Positions 26,138 to 38,976 of a stretch of 64,000 bases of DNA are shown piece by piece. The position numbers and the translations under genes were made by a program. The stretch spans positions 110,608,001 through 110,672,000 of the forward strand of contig NC_043002.1 of NCBI RefSeq assembly GCF_006345805.1, given 5' to 3'. The notes beneath the pieces were generated by a model. It was not told where the DNA came from. It worked only from the letters and a program-made list of their open reading frames with translations, and searched no databases. Numbering within the stretch: the first letter of the stretch is position 1; every line of letters starts with the position of its first letter. The DNA comes from Octopus sinensis. Lineage: Eukaryota.

Positions 26138-27013
26138 TCACACACACACACACACACTCAGAGGCTTCTTCCAGTTTCTGTCCACCAAAATCCACTCACC
26201 CAGCTTTAGTTGGGCTGGGGCTATAGTAGAAGACACTGCTCAAGTGCCATGCAGTCGGAGTGAACCCAGAACCATGTTGTTGGAAAGGAAAACTTCTCAC
26301 CACACAGCCATGCCTGCACCTGTCTCACACACACACACACACACCACACACACACACACACACACCACACACACATGCATATATATATATATAAGGCACT
26401 TATTCTTGCAACTGAACACAATACTGCTTTTATGTTTTCTAAGCACATAGTCACTCCTATTTTACTTTGGTTCTTTAAAAATATAAACAGTTTTTTTACA
26501 CTTGACATTTCTCTCTGCTTACCCCACTCCACCATTAAGTTGGCATGATCCTATAAAATTAAACACTTGCTAGAATAGTCAGAACATGTGTTTTAGTATT
26601 CTAGCCCTAGTTCCACTACTGCTATCTTGTTACTCTTATCATTCTATCTCACTGGGTTAATACTTGCTTATACACTGGTTCTTGTAGCATGCAGATGAGT
26701 GTTTTCTGTTGTTCTTCTTGAAAATATTGAATAAATCTTATATTTGTGGCATTTCATGATGATACTATAGTATAGCTTTCATTATTTCCAATATATTATC
26801 GCTATTGATCTTTATCTACTTAACAGTGTAAAGAATTAGTGAGAATTTACAGGCTGTCACGTTAAGATTTTGTTTACTTAAATACCTTCTTGTTAATGTA
26901 CTTTACTTATTGGCTGTTATCTTTCAGTTAAAATATATTTAAAACAAAACTGAATGGGGGATTGTGTGTAGGAGGAGTGTATGAATTTGTGTATGTGTGT
27001 GTAGGGAGCATAA

Positions 27014-27233
27014 TCTTTATATATAAAAGTGAAGTTGTGTGTCTTTCTCCTACGATTTAGATTCCAAACTACTCCCACATTTTGCGGTGCAGTTTCCGTC
27101 TACCAAATCCACTCACAAGGCATTGGTCGGCCCGGGGCTATAGCTGAAGACACTTGCCCAAGATGCCACGCAGTGGGATTGAACCCAGAACCATGTGGTT
27201 GGTTAGCAAGCTACTTACCACACAGCCACTCCT
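27014..27233. mobile_element. Chimera: Helitron 5' end (27014-27095, +) fused to family-A SINE head (27090-27233, -)
   Basis: Junction at the shared hexamer CAGTTT. Confidence 0.85.
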
Positions 27234-27924
27234 TGTAATATTTTCTGAAAGTACCATGTACTTTCTGCTTCAAACCCCCATTTTTGACAAAGCATCCTGT
27301 GTAAAACTTTCACAACTTGATCATGTTCCATTTCTTAGATTCGGGACCAACTTTCAGCATTCTGCAACAATGAGTGCCATTGTTCCATCCCAAACTCCAC
27401 ACCCTCTATATTTTACCAACACCTTCTCCCCATACCATATTTTCTCAAATTGTTTGTTTACACTACTTGATCTTAAGTTGCCACAATAAAGTTCCCTTTT
27501 ATTTTTTTTTCGCTGTTGTTTTTTTTTTCTGTGTCAGTTGTCTCTTTCTCAACCAAGCCCAGAGGTTTGTTCTACGCACATCTTCGGTGGCTTTCCAAAA
27601 CCGACCATGAAAAAGTCTCACTTCAATCTGTTCAACATGTTCTCTTTGAATTTCATTTTTATCCTTTTCACCTTTTCCAGCCTTGATGACCTAGTTTTTA
27701 TTCACTGTTTTTATTAACTTTTCTGTGCTGTTATGTGAATAATCAAGTCCATATGCTAATTGCTACTGCTCTTGAATTAATTACTTCAATATTATTTCTC
27801 GATGACTAATATTTTCCTCACTCTCTTCATATTTTGTTTCATCCGCTTCCAGGATTCCTAAATATTTATACTACTGTCCTTTCTCAACTGATTTCACTAT
27901 TTGCCTATTCAGCATTTCAGTTCA

Positions 27925-28297
27925 TTGAGAGGCAGTTTGATGGAACCTACACTCACCTCCTTATGAGAGCTCAAAATCTCTCGTGGAAGCGCCATCCAAC
28001 TAAAATGCAAATATATGGGAAACTACCACCTGTGTCATCTCTTGTGAAAGGTAGGAGAGTCCAGTTTGCTGGACATTGTTGTAGAGCTGAAAAAGAGGTA
28101 ATTTCTACTCTTCTCCTCTGGAAGCCATCTACTCGCAATACCAGAGGGTGCACACTCTCCTACCCTGATGTAATCTCCAGGGATACAGGCATCCAGCAAC
28201 AGGACCTCCGTAATGCCATGATGGACCGTGAAGTCTGGCGTAGCATGGTAAATTCCATTGTCTCGACCACGGTCGAACAATGATGATGATGATGATG
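27925..28297 (+). mobile_element. 5'-truncated RTE-clade LINE end with (TGA)n tail
   Basis: FDGTYTHLLMRAQNLSWKRH...IYG.LP.VS..V..RRVQFAGHC.R...WKP...MMDREVWR..V, then stop and TGATGATG. The frame is open. Confidence 0.85.
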
Positions 28298-28299
28298 CT

Positions 28300-28550
28300 T
28301 CACAAATCTTATCCATTTCATTCTTAAAATCATGCACTTTTCAAGTCCAAATTCCATTCCTACATCAGTTGAGAAAATACATAAGTGTACAAAACTTTCG
28401 AGCTTCTCATTCCTTTTTTTTTTTTTGCATAAAGCTTTAAATTATCCTTGAATAAGAAATGGTTGATCTGATCATACCCTTTTCCCAAATCATAAGCTAT
28501 TTTGATTTCCAATACAAATAGTAATGGAGATAAGCTATCGACTTTGAATG
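28300..28550 (-). mobile_element. R4/Dong-like LINE RT relic
   Basis: DSLSPLLF...INHFLFKDNLKLYAK...FSQLM/MEFGLEKC. Confidence 0.7.
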
Positions 28551-28554
28551 TACC

Positions 28555-28957
28555 TATTTCTGTATTACCCACAAGGGGCCAAACACAGAGCGGACAAACA
28601 AGGACAGACATAGGTATTAAGTCGATTACATCGACCCCAGTGCGTAACTGGTACTTAATTTATTGACCCCGAAAGGATGAAAGGCAAAGTCGACCTCAGC
28701 TGAATTTGAACTCAGAACGTAACGGCAGACGAAATACCTATTTCTTATTACCCACAAGGGGCCAAACACAGAGCGGACAAACAAGGACAGACATAGGTAT
28801 TAAGTCGATTACATCGACCCCAGTGCGTAACTGCTACTTAATTTATCGACCCCGAAAGGATGAAAGGCAAAGTCGACCTCGGCGGAATTTGAACTCACAA
28901 CGTAACGCAGACGAAATACCGCTAAGCATTTCGCCCGGCATGCTAACGTTTCTGCCA
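28555..28957 (-). mobile_element. Family-D SINE tandem (full copy plus 184-bp headless copy)
   Basis: TACCTATTTC at 28551 and 28735. Confidence 0.9.
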
Positions 28958-29118
28958 CATCTGATGTTCACCTTCCCAAGTTTTTTTGTTTCCCTCCAAT
29001 GTTAGTGTTCCAATGTTTCATACTTTCATTGACCAGTTTCTCCATATTTTCTGTCACTCCAAACATGCTCATTGTTTTACATCATCATTATTATAACTTT
29101 GCAACAAGTTACAGTATT

Positions 29119-29271
29119 TGATAAGTAGCTTGCTAACCAACCACATGGTTCCGGGTTCAGTCCCACTGCGTGGCATCTTGGGCAAGTGTCTTCTGCTATA
29201 GCCCTGGGCCGACCAATGCCTTGTGAGTGGATTTGGTAGATGGAAACTGAAAGAAGCCCGTCATATATATG

Positions 29272-29308
<37 letters not shown>

Positions 29309-29520
29309 TTGTGTGTCTGTGTTTGTCACCCATAGCATTGCTTGACAACCGATGCTGGTGTGTTTATGTCCCCGTCACTTAGCGGTTCGGCAAAAGAGAC
29401 CGATAGAATAAGTACTGGGCTTACAAAGAATAAGTCCCGGGGTCGATTTGCTCGACTAAAGGCGGTGCTCCAGCATGGCCGCAGTCAAATGACAGAAACA
29501 AGTAAAAGAGTAAAAGAGTA
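29119..29520 (+). mobile_element. Family-A SINE
   Basis: Homology; plus orientation. Confidence 0.9.
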
Positions 29521-29654
29521 TATAACGCTTCTCTCACCAACACTAGAAGCTTGCCAACCTTCTCCCCCTCCATCCCACTCAAAACAGTGTAATAAGATAA
29601 GAAAAATAAATCATCATCATTATCATTATTGCTGTTGCTATTATTATTTATAAT

Positions 29655-29860
29655 GGTGAACTGGCAGAATTGTTAGCATACCAGGCAAAATGCTTACTGG
29701 CATTTCATCCATCTTTACATTCTGAGTTCAAATTCTGCCAAGGTTAGCTTTGCCTTTCATCCTTTCAGAGTTGATAAAATAAGTATCAGTTGATCACTGG
29801 GATTGATGTAATCAACTAGCCCCCTCCCCCAAAATTTCAGGTTTTGTACCTATAGTAGAA
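29655..29860 (+). mobile_element. Older family-D SINE
   Basis: GGTGAACTGGCAGAATTGTTAGC...TTTGCCTTTCATCCTTTC. Confidence 0.7.
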
Positions 29861-30195
29861 AGGATCATTATTATCATCATCATTATTATCATTCTTTTTG
29901 AAGGTATAGATTCATACTCCGGCACTCCTGTCATCATATGTCAATAAAAGAAATGCTTGTTGTTGTTGTTGTTGATGTCTTATAGTTTAGCTATGTTCTT
30001 TGTGAGATGTGTCTGCTAACAGGTTTTGACTGTACTGCATCTCTCATCTCCTCGTGACATCACATTTTCTTTTTGTTATTCAAACTGAAACATCTTTGCA
30101 TATATGCCTGCTATTCACATGTCTTTCTGTCTAGCGTTCTTACTTTGTCTGTGCCATTGGTTGTCAGCCTGCTTAAAAGTGTGTATCTGTCTGTA

Positions 30196-30467
30196 AGCAG
30201 TGTCTGTCTATCTGTGGTAGTGTACGTAGGTTTGGAGAAGTTCTGTTTGTTTGTGGCAGCATCTGGGTGTGTGTACATACACACAGACACTCACATACAT
30301 ACTGGCTGACAGACAAACAGATTGACACTGTAGCAGTGTCTGTCTATCTGTGGTAGTGTATGTAGGTTTGGAGAAGTTCTGTTTGTTTGTGGCAGCATCT
30401 GGGTGTGTGTACATACACACAGACACTCACATACACACTGGCTGACAGACAAACAGATTGACACTAT
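30196..30467. repeat. Two-copy 136-bp tandem duplication
   Basis: AGCAGTGTCTGTCTATCTG recurs at 30196 and 30332; ~2 mismatches. Confidence 0.9.
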
Positions 30468-31167
30468 GTATATTTATATAATCATAAGCTGATAAATTGG
30501 CAGATTCATCAGAGCTCTTACAAGATAATGTCTTACAACATTCATTTAGGCTCTTTTCATTTTGAATCCATATCTTACTGGGGTTGATATTGCTCTTCAT
30601 CCATAGAGATTGATGAAAATACCTGCCAAGTACTGGTGTCAGACTCTTCTTTTTATGTCTCTATTTTTCTCTACCCCCTCCTCTTTCATTGGATCAACTC
30701 TGTTGGAGAAGCTAAGAAAAGACCTTTGACATCACTGCCTTAGCAATCCTTTTGCCACCACTCAATGGCCTTGACTAAAATAAGAGGAATCACTATTTCT
30801 TCCATTGGAGCAATCCTGTCATGGTTTGTCAGGAAAAGAAATAACAGTTTTAGTTGTTGTCTATGTCATATTTTTGATATGATTTCTGAATAATGACTGT
30901 TGAATCTGTTGCCAACTATTGTAATCTCACCATTTTCCTTTTTCCATTAAAATAGGCCAGTTGAGTTATGCAAACAGTGGACATTTTTCTGAATTTCAGC
31001 CTCTTAGTTCAAGTCCGACTGGAATTTTATTTATTTATTGTTAATAAATATATTCTATTGATATGTGTGGGACTGCAGCGTGGTATGTTGTGAAGAGGTA
31101 GCGGAAGAGCTCAACTGAGCCAATGGTGCTTCTTTCATTGATGCTGAGCAGAAGAATCCTAGATTAA

Positions 31168-31369
31168 TACTCTTACTCTTTACTCTTTTACTTGTTTCAG
31201 TCATTTGACTGCGGCCATGCTGGAGCACTGCCTTTAGTCAAGCAAATCGACCCCGGGACTTATTCTATGTAAGCCCAGTACTTATTCTATCAGTCTCTTT
31301 TGCCGAACCACTAAGTGACAGGGACATAAACACACCAGCATCGGTTGTCAAGCGATGTTGGGGAGACAA

Positions 31370-31400
<31 letters not shown>

Positions 31401-31573
31401 CACATATATACGACAGGCTTCTTTCAGTTTCCGTCTAACAAATCCACTAACAAGGCATTGGTCGGCCCGGGTCTATAGCAGAAGACACTTGCCCAAGATG
31501 CCACGCAGTTAGACTGAACCTGGAACCATGTGGTTGGTTAGCAAGCTACTTACCACACAGCCACTCCTGCGCC
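31168..31573 (-). mobile_element. Family-A SINE, full length
   Basis: Homology. Confidence 0.9.
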
Positions 31574-31820
31574 TAATGGCCAGGATCACCAAGCAATATC
31601 AAGAGAGTAACTGCAACACATCCACAGAGATATGACTCAAGCTCCCAATTCAAATTCGTAATAAGGGCGTTGGATGGTGACAGTCACGGGAAAATGCAAA
31701 AGCAGTGAAAAAAAAACAATATTTAATATGTGACATCTGATTACATTAAGGTCAGAATAACACGAAACATGCCAGGAGTTGTCTCCCAGTAAAATAAAAA
31801 GTTGGCTAATATATATTTTT

Positions 31821-32048
31821 TATTTCTTTACTACCCACAAGGGGCTAAACACAGAGGGGACAAACAAGGACAGACAAAGGGATTAAGTCGATTATATCGA
31901 CCCCAGTGCGTAACTGGTACTTGATTTATCGACCCCGAAAGGATGAAAGGCAAAGTTGACCTCGGCGGAATTTGAACTCAGAACGTAACGGCAGACGAAA
32001 TACGGCTACGCATTTCGCCCGGCGTGCTAACGTTTCTACCAGCTCGCC
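31821..32048 (-). mobile_element. Family-D SINE, full length
   Basis: Homology. Confidence 0.9.
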
Positions 32049-32760
32049 AAATACATTGTCTAAATTCTTGGCATTGTGTGTGTGTGTGCATTATTTTACT
32101 TAAAGTAACTGATCTCTTCATATATCAATACATAATTCTAAAGTAAGGTTTCATTATCCATTGACTTCTAAATTTTATATCTACAAAGCAAGCTAAATAG
32201 AATTTTCAACAATGAGTGGAAGTTTTCTGAAAGTATATCTGTGTTTTGCTGACTAAATCTAGTCAATGTCAAACAGCTGTTTACTGAAGCAAGCTAATAT
32301 TACAAGGGCGAAATAATGAAATTTTTCAGGAATGTGAAACACTTAATTTGAATCTAGATTACTTGTATTTTCTGGATAAAATTTGCATCTCTCTCTCTCT
32401 CTCCATTGTATTTTGTTTACAATCCTGAAACATAAAGAATTTTTCAATCATAAAATTCTCAGTTTCAAAATATGTTTCTTTCTAGCAAAGTAATTATCTT
32501 CTCTCTCAGTAAATATGAAAAATATAATGTTGACTTGCATAGATACTGTCTACAAAGTGTAATAAAAAATATGGAAAAGAAAAGAATTGCAAAATAATAA
32601 TTTGAATAGGTTGGCCACTGGGAAAAAAAATTTATTTACTGAAATTATCCATTAAATGATACTAATGTGCTCTGTTTTCAGTTACAGTAAAATAAGGTTA
32701 TGGTCAAAACATTTTCGCTCTTTTCTCTTTCCTATTCTATATATATATATATATATATAT

Positions 32761-33050
32761 CACGTGACCGACCAGACCATCAGATGTTGTTACACATCGC
32801 TGGTCACAATGCGTTTGCATTGTTTTAGCCTTTGAATGACGCCACCCTGCTGGCTAAGCAAGCAGGCCAACAGAAGAAAGAGTGGGAGAAAGAGTGGTGA
32901 AAGAGTACAGCAGAGACCACCTGCCGGAGCGTCGTGGAGCTTTTAGGTGTTTTCGCTCAATAAACACTCACAACGCTCGGTCTGGGAATCGAAACCGCAA
33001 TCCTGCGACCGCGAGTCCGCTGCCCTAACCACTGGGCCATTGCGCTCCAC
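32761..33050 (-). mobile_element. SINE with family-B head but a different 3' half
   Basis: Head and body match 14404-14570, then diverge to TTCTGTTGGCCTGCTTGCTTAGCC...GGTCACGTG. Confidence 0.8.
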
Positions 33051-33067
33051 ATATATATATATATATA

Positions 33068-33453
33068 CTAGCAGTATCGCCCGGCGTTGCTCAGGTTTGT
33101 AAGGGAAATAACTATATAAAGCATTTTTAGAGAGTTATAGCCCCAAAATAGCAAAAAAATGGAAAAAAATTATGGTTAAATTTTTTTTTTAGTTAAAAAA
33201 GGTGGAGTTGCGTCCCCTAGACAGTTTGCGGTTTGTGTTTCTGATTCTCGACCCCATGTCGAATTATCGATTTTTTTTCCGAACTGGGGGAACTTTTCAA
33301 AATTTTCGCTGCGTTAGTTTTGAATTATGACATTGGGCTATGTGTGTGTCAAGTTTCATCAGAATCGGTTGAAAGCCATGGTCAGGGTGAGGGTACAACC
33401 AAACAGACACACTGAAACACGCACAGACAAACTGCCGTTTATATAGAGAGAGA
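33068..33453 (-). mobile_element. Non-autonomous Helitron, second subfamily
   Basis: Same 3' hairpin plus CTAG|T as 7810-8206, 5' A|TC, different interior. Confidence 0.8.
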
Positions 33454-33462
33454 TATATACAT

Positions 33463-33512
<50 letters not shown>

Positions 33513-33528
33513 ACATACACACATACAC

Positions 33529-33559
<31 letters not shown>

Positions 33560-34251
33560 TATAAAAATAAATAAATAAATATAAACTGCACATCAATTTC
33601 TGATGAGATATTTTGATGACCCAAAAGGCCTTTTTCAGTTCATTTGTTGAGAAAGATAATGGCTATTATTTAAAAAAAAAAAGAATATGGTTGTATATAA
33701 TAAATAGATAATTTAAAACATTAATGAATACTTATCAAAGTTAAAAATAAATCAATGTTAATTGATGTTAGTGTTGATAAGAGATGAATGTACGACTTGG
33801 CAAGGAAATGTGACCAATTTCTTCAGAGTAAAGGAAGCTCTTTACAGAAAATCAGAATGCACTCAGTGATCTAAAATTGCAATTAAATGAATTTGGCTAT
33901 TAAAACTATTTTATGGCCATAGATCTTTTTTTGTTCCCTTATCTGCTTTGTTTTCTCAAATGTTAATATGGATAATAATATTAGTATTGTAGGAGTTTTT
34001 ACAGTTTGATGCTTTTCCTACTTATTGTATCATGAAATAGGACTGGAACCTATTATCAGCTGGGTAAAGTGAAACAAATTGGTGATCCTTGTGTGAGGTA
34101 CATGCTAGAGGAGGTAGTACTTTTAGATCTTTTGGTTTTGTGATGAATATTTCAGTATCATATCTGTTAACATGTTTTATTGCATTTTATTTTTTTCATT
34201 TCCATCTAATTTTTCTGTAGTAACAAAAAAAAATTTATGTATTACATATGT

Positions 34252-34550
34252 TGGCACGTAAAAGCACCATCCGTTCGTGTCCGTTGCCAGCCTCGCCTGG
34301 CCCCCGTGCTGGTGGCATGTAAAAGCACCATCCATTCGTAGCCGTTTGCCAGCTCCGTCTGGCTCCTGTGCGGGTGGCACGTAAAAAGCACCCACTACAC
34401 TCGCGGAGTGGTTGGCGTTAGGAAGGGCATCCAGCCGTAGAAACACTGCCAGATCAGACTGGGCCTGATGCAGCCTTCTGGCTTCACAGAGCCCAGTTGA
34501 ACCATCCAACCCATGCTAGCATGGAAAGCGGACGCTAAATGATGATGATA
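34252..34550 (+). mobile_element. RTE 3' UTR/tail (family E)
   Basis: Homology to 10085-10390. Confidence 0.85.
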
Positions 34551-35223
34551 TGTTCAAACAATTCATGTAACTCTGTGCATGTACAACATACATAGCTCTG
34601 TTGTGATAGATGTTGTAGGTTATAACTCAAGTTAATGAGAGCAGCAAGTAGAGCATAAAAATATTGGTTTCAAATTTTGGCACAGGGCCAGTAACTTTAG
34701 AGGAGTGGTAAGTCGGTTGCATTGACCTCTGTATTCAACTGGTACTTATTTTATTGACCCCGAAGGGATGACAATCGAAGTCCAACCTCTGTCGAATTTG
34801 AACTCAGTATGTGAAGATGGACAAAATGTCCAGTGTGCTAATGATTCTGCTGGCTCACTGTCTTGGAACATTTAAATATTACCTCTTAAAATCTCCTTTG
34901 ACCAACTATGGTAGTGTTGTAGTTGGTTCAATGGGATTCTGGCAAGTCATTCAGGTATCTTCATCTGATAACAATTATCTATGCATTAAACTGGTGGTAT
35001 TTTGACTAAAAAGGAACAGCTTGTGACAATCTATTTTGTGTATGTAAAGATTTTTGTTTTGTAGTGTGAATTGTTTTGGATTAAACCCAGTTAAGAATGT
35101 ATGGTTATAACTAGATATAATTTCAACCTCCCTAATATTTTAAGGTAGTCTACAAAATTAGATATGAGGAACTGTTTTAATTGTTGTACTGCAGGTTTTT
35201 ATTTCTGCGAGGTTTATACTTAT

Positions 35224-35612
35224 GGATGGAAGCACTCCGTCGGTTACGACGATGAGGGTTCCAGTTGATCCGAATCAACGGAACAGCCTGCTCGTGAAAT
35301 TAACGTGTAAGTGGCTGAGCACTCCACAGACACGTGTACCCTTAACGTAGTTCTCGGGGATATTCAGCGTGACACAGAGAGTGACAAGACCGGCCCCTTG
35401 AAATACAGGTACAACAGAAACAGGAAGTAAGAGTGAGAGAAAGTTGTGGTGAAAGAGTACAGCAGGGATCACCACCATCCCCTGCCGGAGCCTCGTGGAG
35501 CTTTTAGGTGTTTTCACTCAATAAACACTCACAACGCCCGGTCTGAGAATCGAAACTGCGATCCTATGACCGCGAGTCCGCTGCCCTAACCACTGGGCCA
35601 TTGCGCCTCCAC
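35224..35612 (-). mobile_element. Family-B SINE with 10-bp TSD
   Basis: TTATACTTAT at 35214-35223 and 35613-35622. Confidence 0.9.
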
Positions 35613-37227
35613 TTATACTTATACCCCTTGTTTGATAAACAGGTAACTTTTAGTGATGAGAAAAGTATCCAGTTGTAAAATTATGCCTCATTAAAAAGTA
35701 TTCATCTAGCTCATTGCCTTAATAAGAATCTGTTCATTACATATTTATCATCTTAGATAATTTCCCAAGAATTAGCTGGAGCTCTTTGAACAGGATATAA
35801 TCTATTGAACCATTTATCTAATTTGAATTATAACCTGCAGCAGTTTAACACCATCATGTTTATTATTTGCAAAAAGCACTCAGCATGTCTTGTAGCTATA
35901 TTTATTCTACTATAAAACCTATTGTCAGTCAATTAACTTTGCAGTGTCTATTACTAAAAATAATATTCATTATAGCTATTGAACGGATTGTTCCATTTTA
36001 GGCTTCACTGAGGGTATCATGTCACATTGTTAACTAAATGGTCAAATTTTGTTGTAGATTCGGCTTCTGTGAAAACACATCATTCTATTTGTCTCAGTCT
36101 AGCCGAAAAATATTGGCTATTTTTACTTCAATTTCAATCAGTCAACTGCAGAAAGACATTCCAAAATTTAAAAAAAAAAGAGAAAGGAAAACTATTTGTC
36201 CCAAAGATTCTTGTTTACATATCTAAACTTTCAAACTTCAACCTAATCATGTAAGCATAGAAAAATTGATAGATAATTGATGGAAGCAGGGATGGTGATG
36301 GTGGTGAGGCTTGTGATAACAGTGGTCTTGGAGAAGATTGTGGCAATGATAGTGATGATGACAATGTGATTGTTCTGTGGTGAATGAAAATATTCAATTA
36401 ATCATTAGCTGATTTGTTTAGCTTTTGAGCAATTTCTTGGAGCAAAATAAGATGTTTGGTCTAATATTGATTGAAGCAATGAATGCTTGACTTCATAGTG
36501 CACATAACCTTCATTGGTCTCATACTGGGTCATACAAAAGAACATTGTTGTAGCTTCTTCCATGACATGTAAGTTTTCATTTTTTCTTTTATTTTTAATC
36601 TTTATTCTCTGTAACAAAGTACGTTATTTGATTTTAAATCCAACCACCATGTTTTGTTTTTTTTTTATTCCTTCAGATACTCTCCTAGTGCAATACTAAT
36701 TAGCTGCTCTTCATGTATATTGGATATGTAATCTATGCATAGTGCAGTTATTTGCTGCAACAGCAACATAGATCTTCAAAAACATGATTGAACTTATTTT
36801 AGATGTAGCATTTGTTGAAAAATGTGTAAATAAAAACTGGTTTGAGGAAGAGTTGTAGTAGTATGAAGAGTTGAGTTGCTAAACCACAGGACTACTGATC
36901 GGCATTTCAAACTCTGTCACAGATCGTGTGTTGTTCTGATAACCCTTGAAGTGAATGTGTAATTATTTTATGGTAGCATCAGAGGTAGGTCAAGCATCAA
37001 TAAATTTTGTGTCCATAATAAAAAAAAAAAACTCGCAATCTTATACAATATTCAGTATGTGTCAATAATAAAAATGTCAAGGCTTTCTATGCAAATTGCC
37101 ATTCACTTAAATATTCAGAGAATACCATTCAAAATTCTGTATCATTAACAGTATATAAATGTCTTTATGGCAACTTTCTACTTGTCATTTTTGAACTCTG
37201 CCATATAAAGAACTTAAGAATTCTTAC

Positions 37228-37337
37228 CCAGGATATAACATCATTTTCAAACGGTTGCTGATTTACTGATGGAGCATTCTGTTGCATTACAAGATATCAG
37301 AATGCCATTCTTCCTGAGTTCTTCCTATCTGCCTGGC
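37228..37337 (-). CDS. Candidate exon with ATG at 37287 (MQQNAPSVNQQPFENDVISW, phase 0)
   Basis: Acceptor GAATTTTCAG, donor TGG|GTAAGA, in-frame upstream stop. No homology recognised. Confidence 0.2.
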
Positions 37338-37769
37338 CTGAAAATTCAAACATTCCTAAAGAGTCTCTGTTCTGTGATTTTTAGGGTTTTTAATATTGTA
37401 CTCTTGGACACCAATTTCATAGAATAGCATTTGGATTGTAATTGGATTTTTCTTATGAATCCATTACACCATTCGTTCCTTTTATTTGATATATAGATAT
37501 TTAAAAATTTTATTAAAGCTATTAGCACCAGTGCAAGTCATGGGTTAAAGTCAATTTAATTGGCACAAAATCAGGAGCAAGAGTCCCTTATGTAGTCCAA
37601 TGATGCTTTCAATTCCTACAAAATCACTGGGTCCAAGCTATATCAACACTTGCAGTCAAGCTGGATTTGGAACTTGGGACCCTTGAGCACTCCAGGTTCA
37701 GTGGGCCTCTTATGTACAAAAATCAAAATATATTGCAATTCACGAAATTTACATATTTTTCATATTTTT

Positions 37770-38212
37770 TTTTTTACTTGTTTCAGTCATTTGACTGCGG
37801 CCATGCTGGAGCACCACCTTTAGTCGAGCAAATCGACCCCGGGACTTATTCTTTGTAAGCCCAGTACTTATTCTATCGGTCTCTTTTGCCGAACTGCTAA
37901 GTGACGGGGACGTAAACACGCCAGCATCGTTGTCAAGCAATGCTAGGGGACAAACACAGACACACAAAACACACATACAATATATATATAATATATATAA
38001 TATATATAATATTATTATATATATATTATATATATATATACACACATATATACGACAGGCTTCTTTCAGTTTCCGTCTACCAAATCCACTCACAAGGCTT
38101 TGGTCGGCCCGAGGCTATAGTAGAAGACACTTGCTCAAGGTGCCACACAGTGGGACTGAACCCAGAACCATGTGGTTGGTTAGCAAGCTACTTACCACAC
38201 AGTCACTCCAGC
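37770..38212 (-). mobile_element. Family-A SINE
   Basis: Homology. Confidence 0.9.
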
Positions 38213-38717
38213 ACCTATATGGCATATATTTGGTGTTCAAAAGTTATATATACATACAAAGGTTAAATACAAAACGAAAAAGAAATTTTACCAGTTATAC
38301 ATAAATGTTATATGAAAATATGCATATATAAAGTTATCTGGTGATCTCACTAGCACTGGTGTCATCATGAAAGCACGCAGTATATACTGTAAAATGGATA
38401 GTATTAGGAAGGGCATCCAGCCATAGAAACCATGCCAAAGCTAGCATTGGAGCTAGAGAGAGTCTTGCAGCTCATCAGACTTGGTCAAAACATCCAGCCT
38501 ATACTAGCTTGGAAAACGGATGTTGATTGATGATAATAAATGTTAATTGTAAGGATAAATATAAAATGACAAATGTAACATGTAAAAACACTTTTAATGG
38601 GCAGATCTATTGTCCCACAAGGCATACACTGCCAAAGAAGAAGAAAGAGTATTTAAAGTACATCCTGAAAAATTTACTATCCAATTTAAACTTTTACGAA
38701 TGCTAATATGTTTCTTT

Positions 38718-38930
38718 AATTCTTTTACTCTTTTACTTGTTTCAGTCATTTGACTGCAGCCATGCTGGAGCACCACCTTTAGTCAAGCAAATCGACCCCG
38801 GGACTTATTCTTTGTAAGCCCAGTACTTATTCTATCGGTCTCTTTTGCCGAACCGCTAAGTGACGAGGATGTAAACACACCAGCATCGGTTGTCAAGCAA
38901 TGCTAGGGGGATAAACACAGACACACATAC

Positions 38931-38976
<46 letters not shown>

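Noticed and set aside
36275-36385. Acidic DGDGGE...DDDDN frame
   Set aside because: Derived from decayed (GAT/GGT)n; no convincing acceptor.
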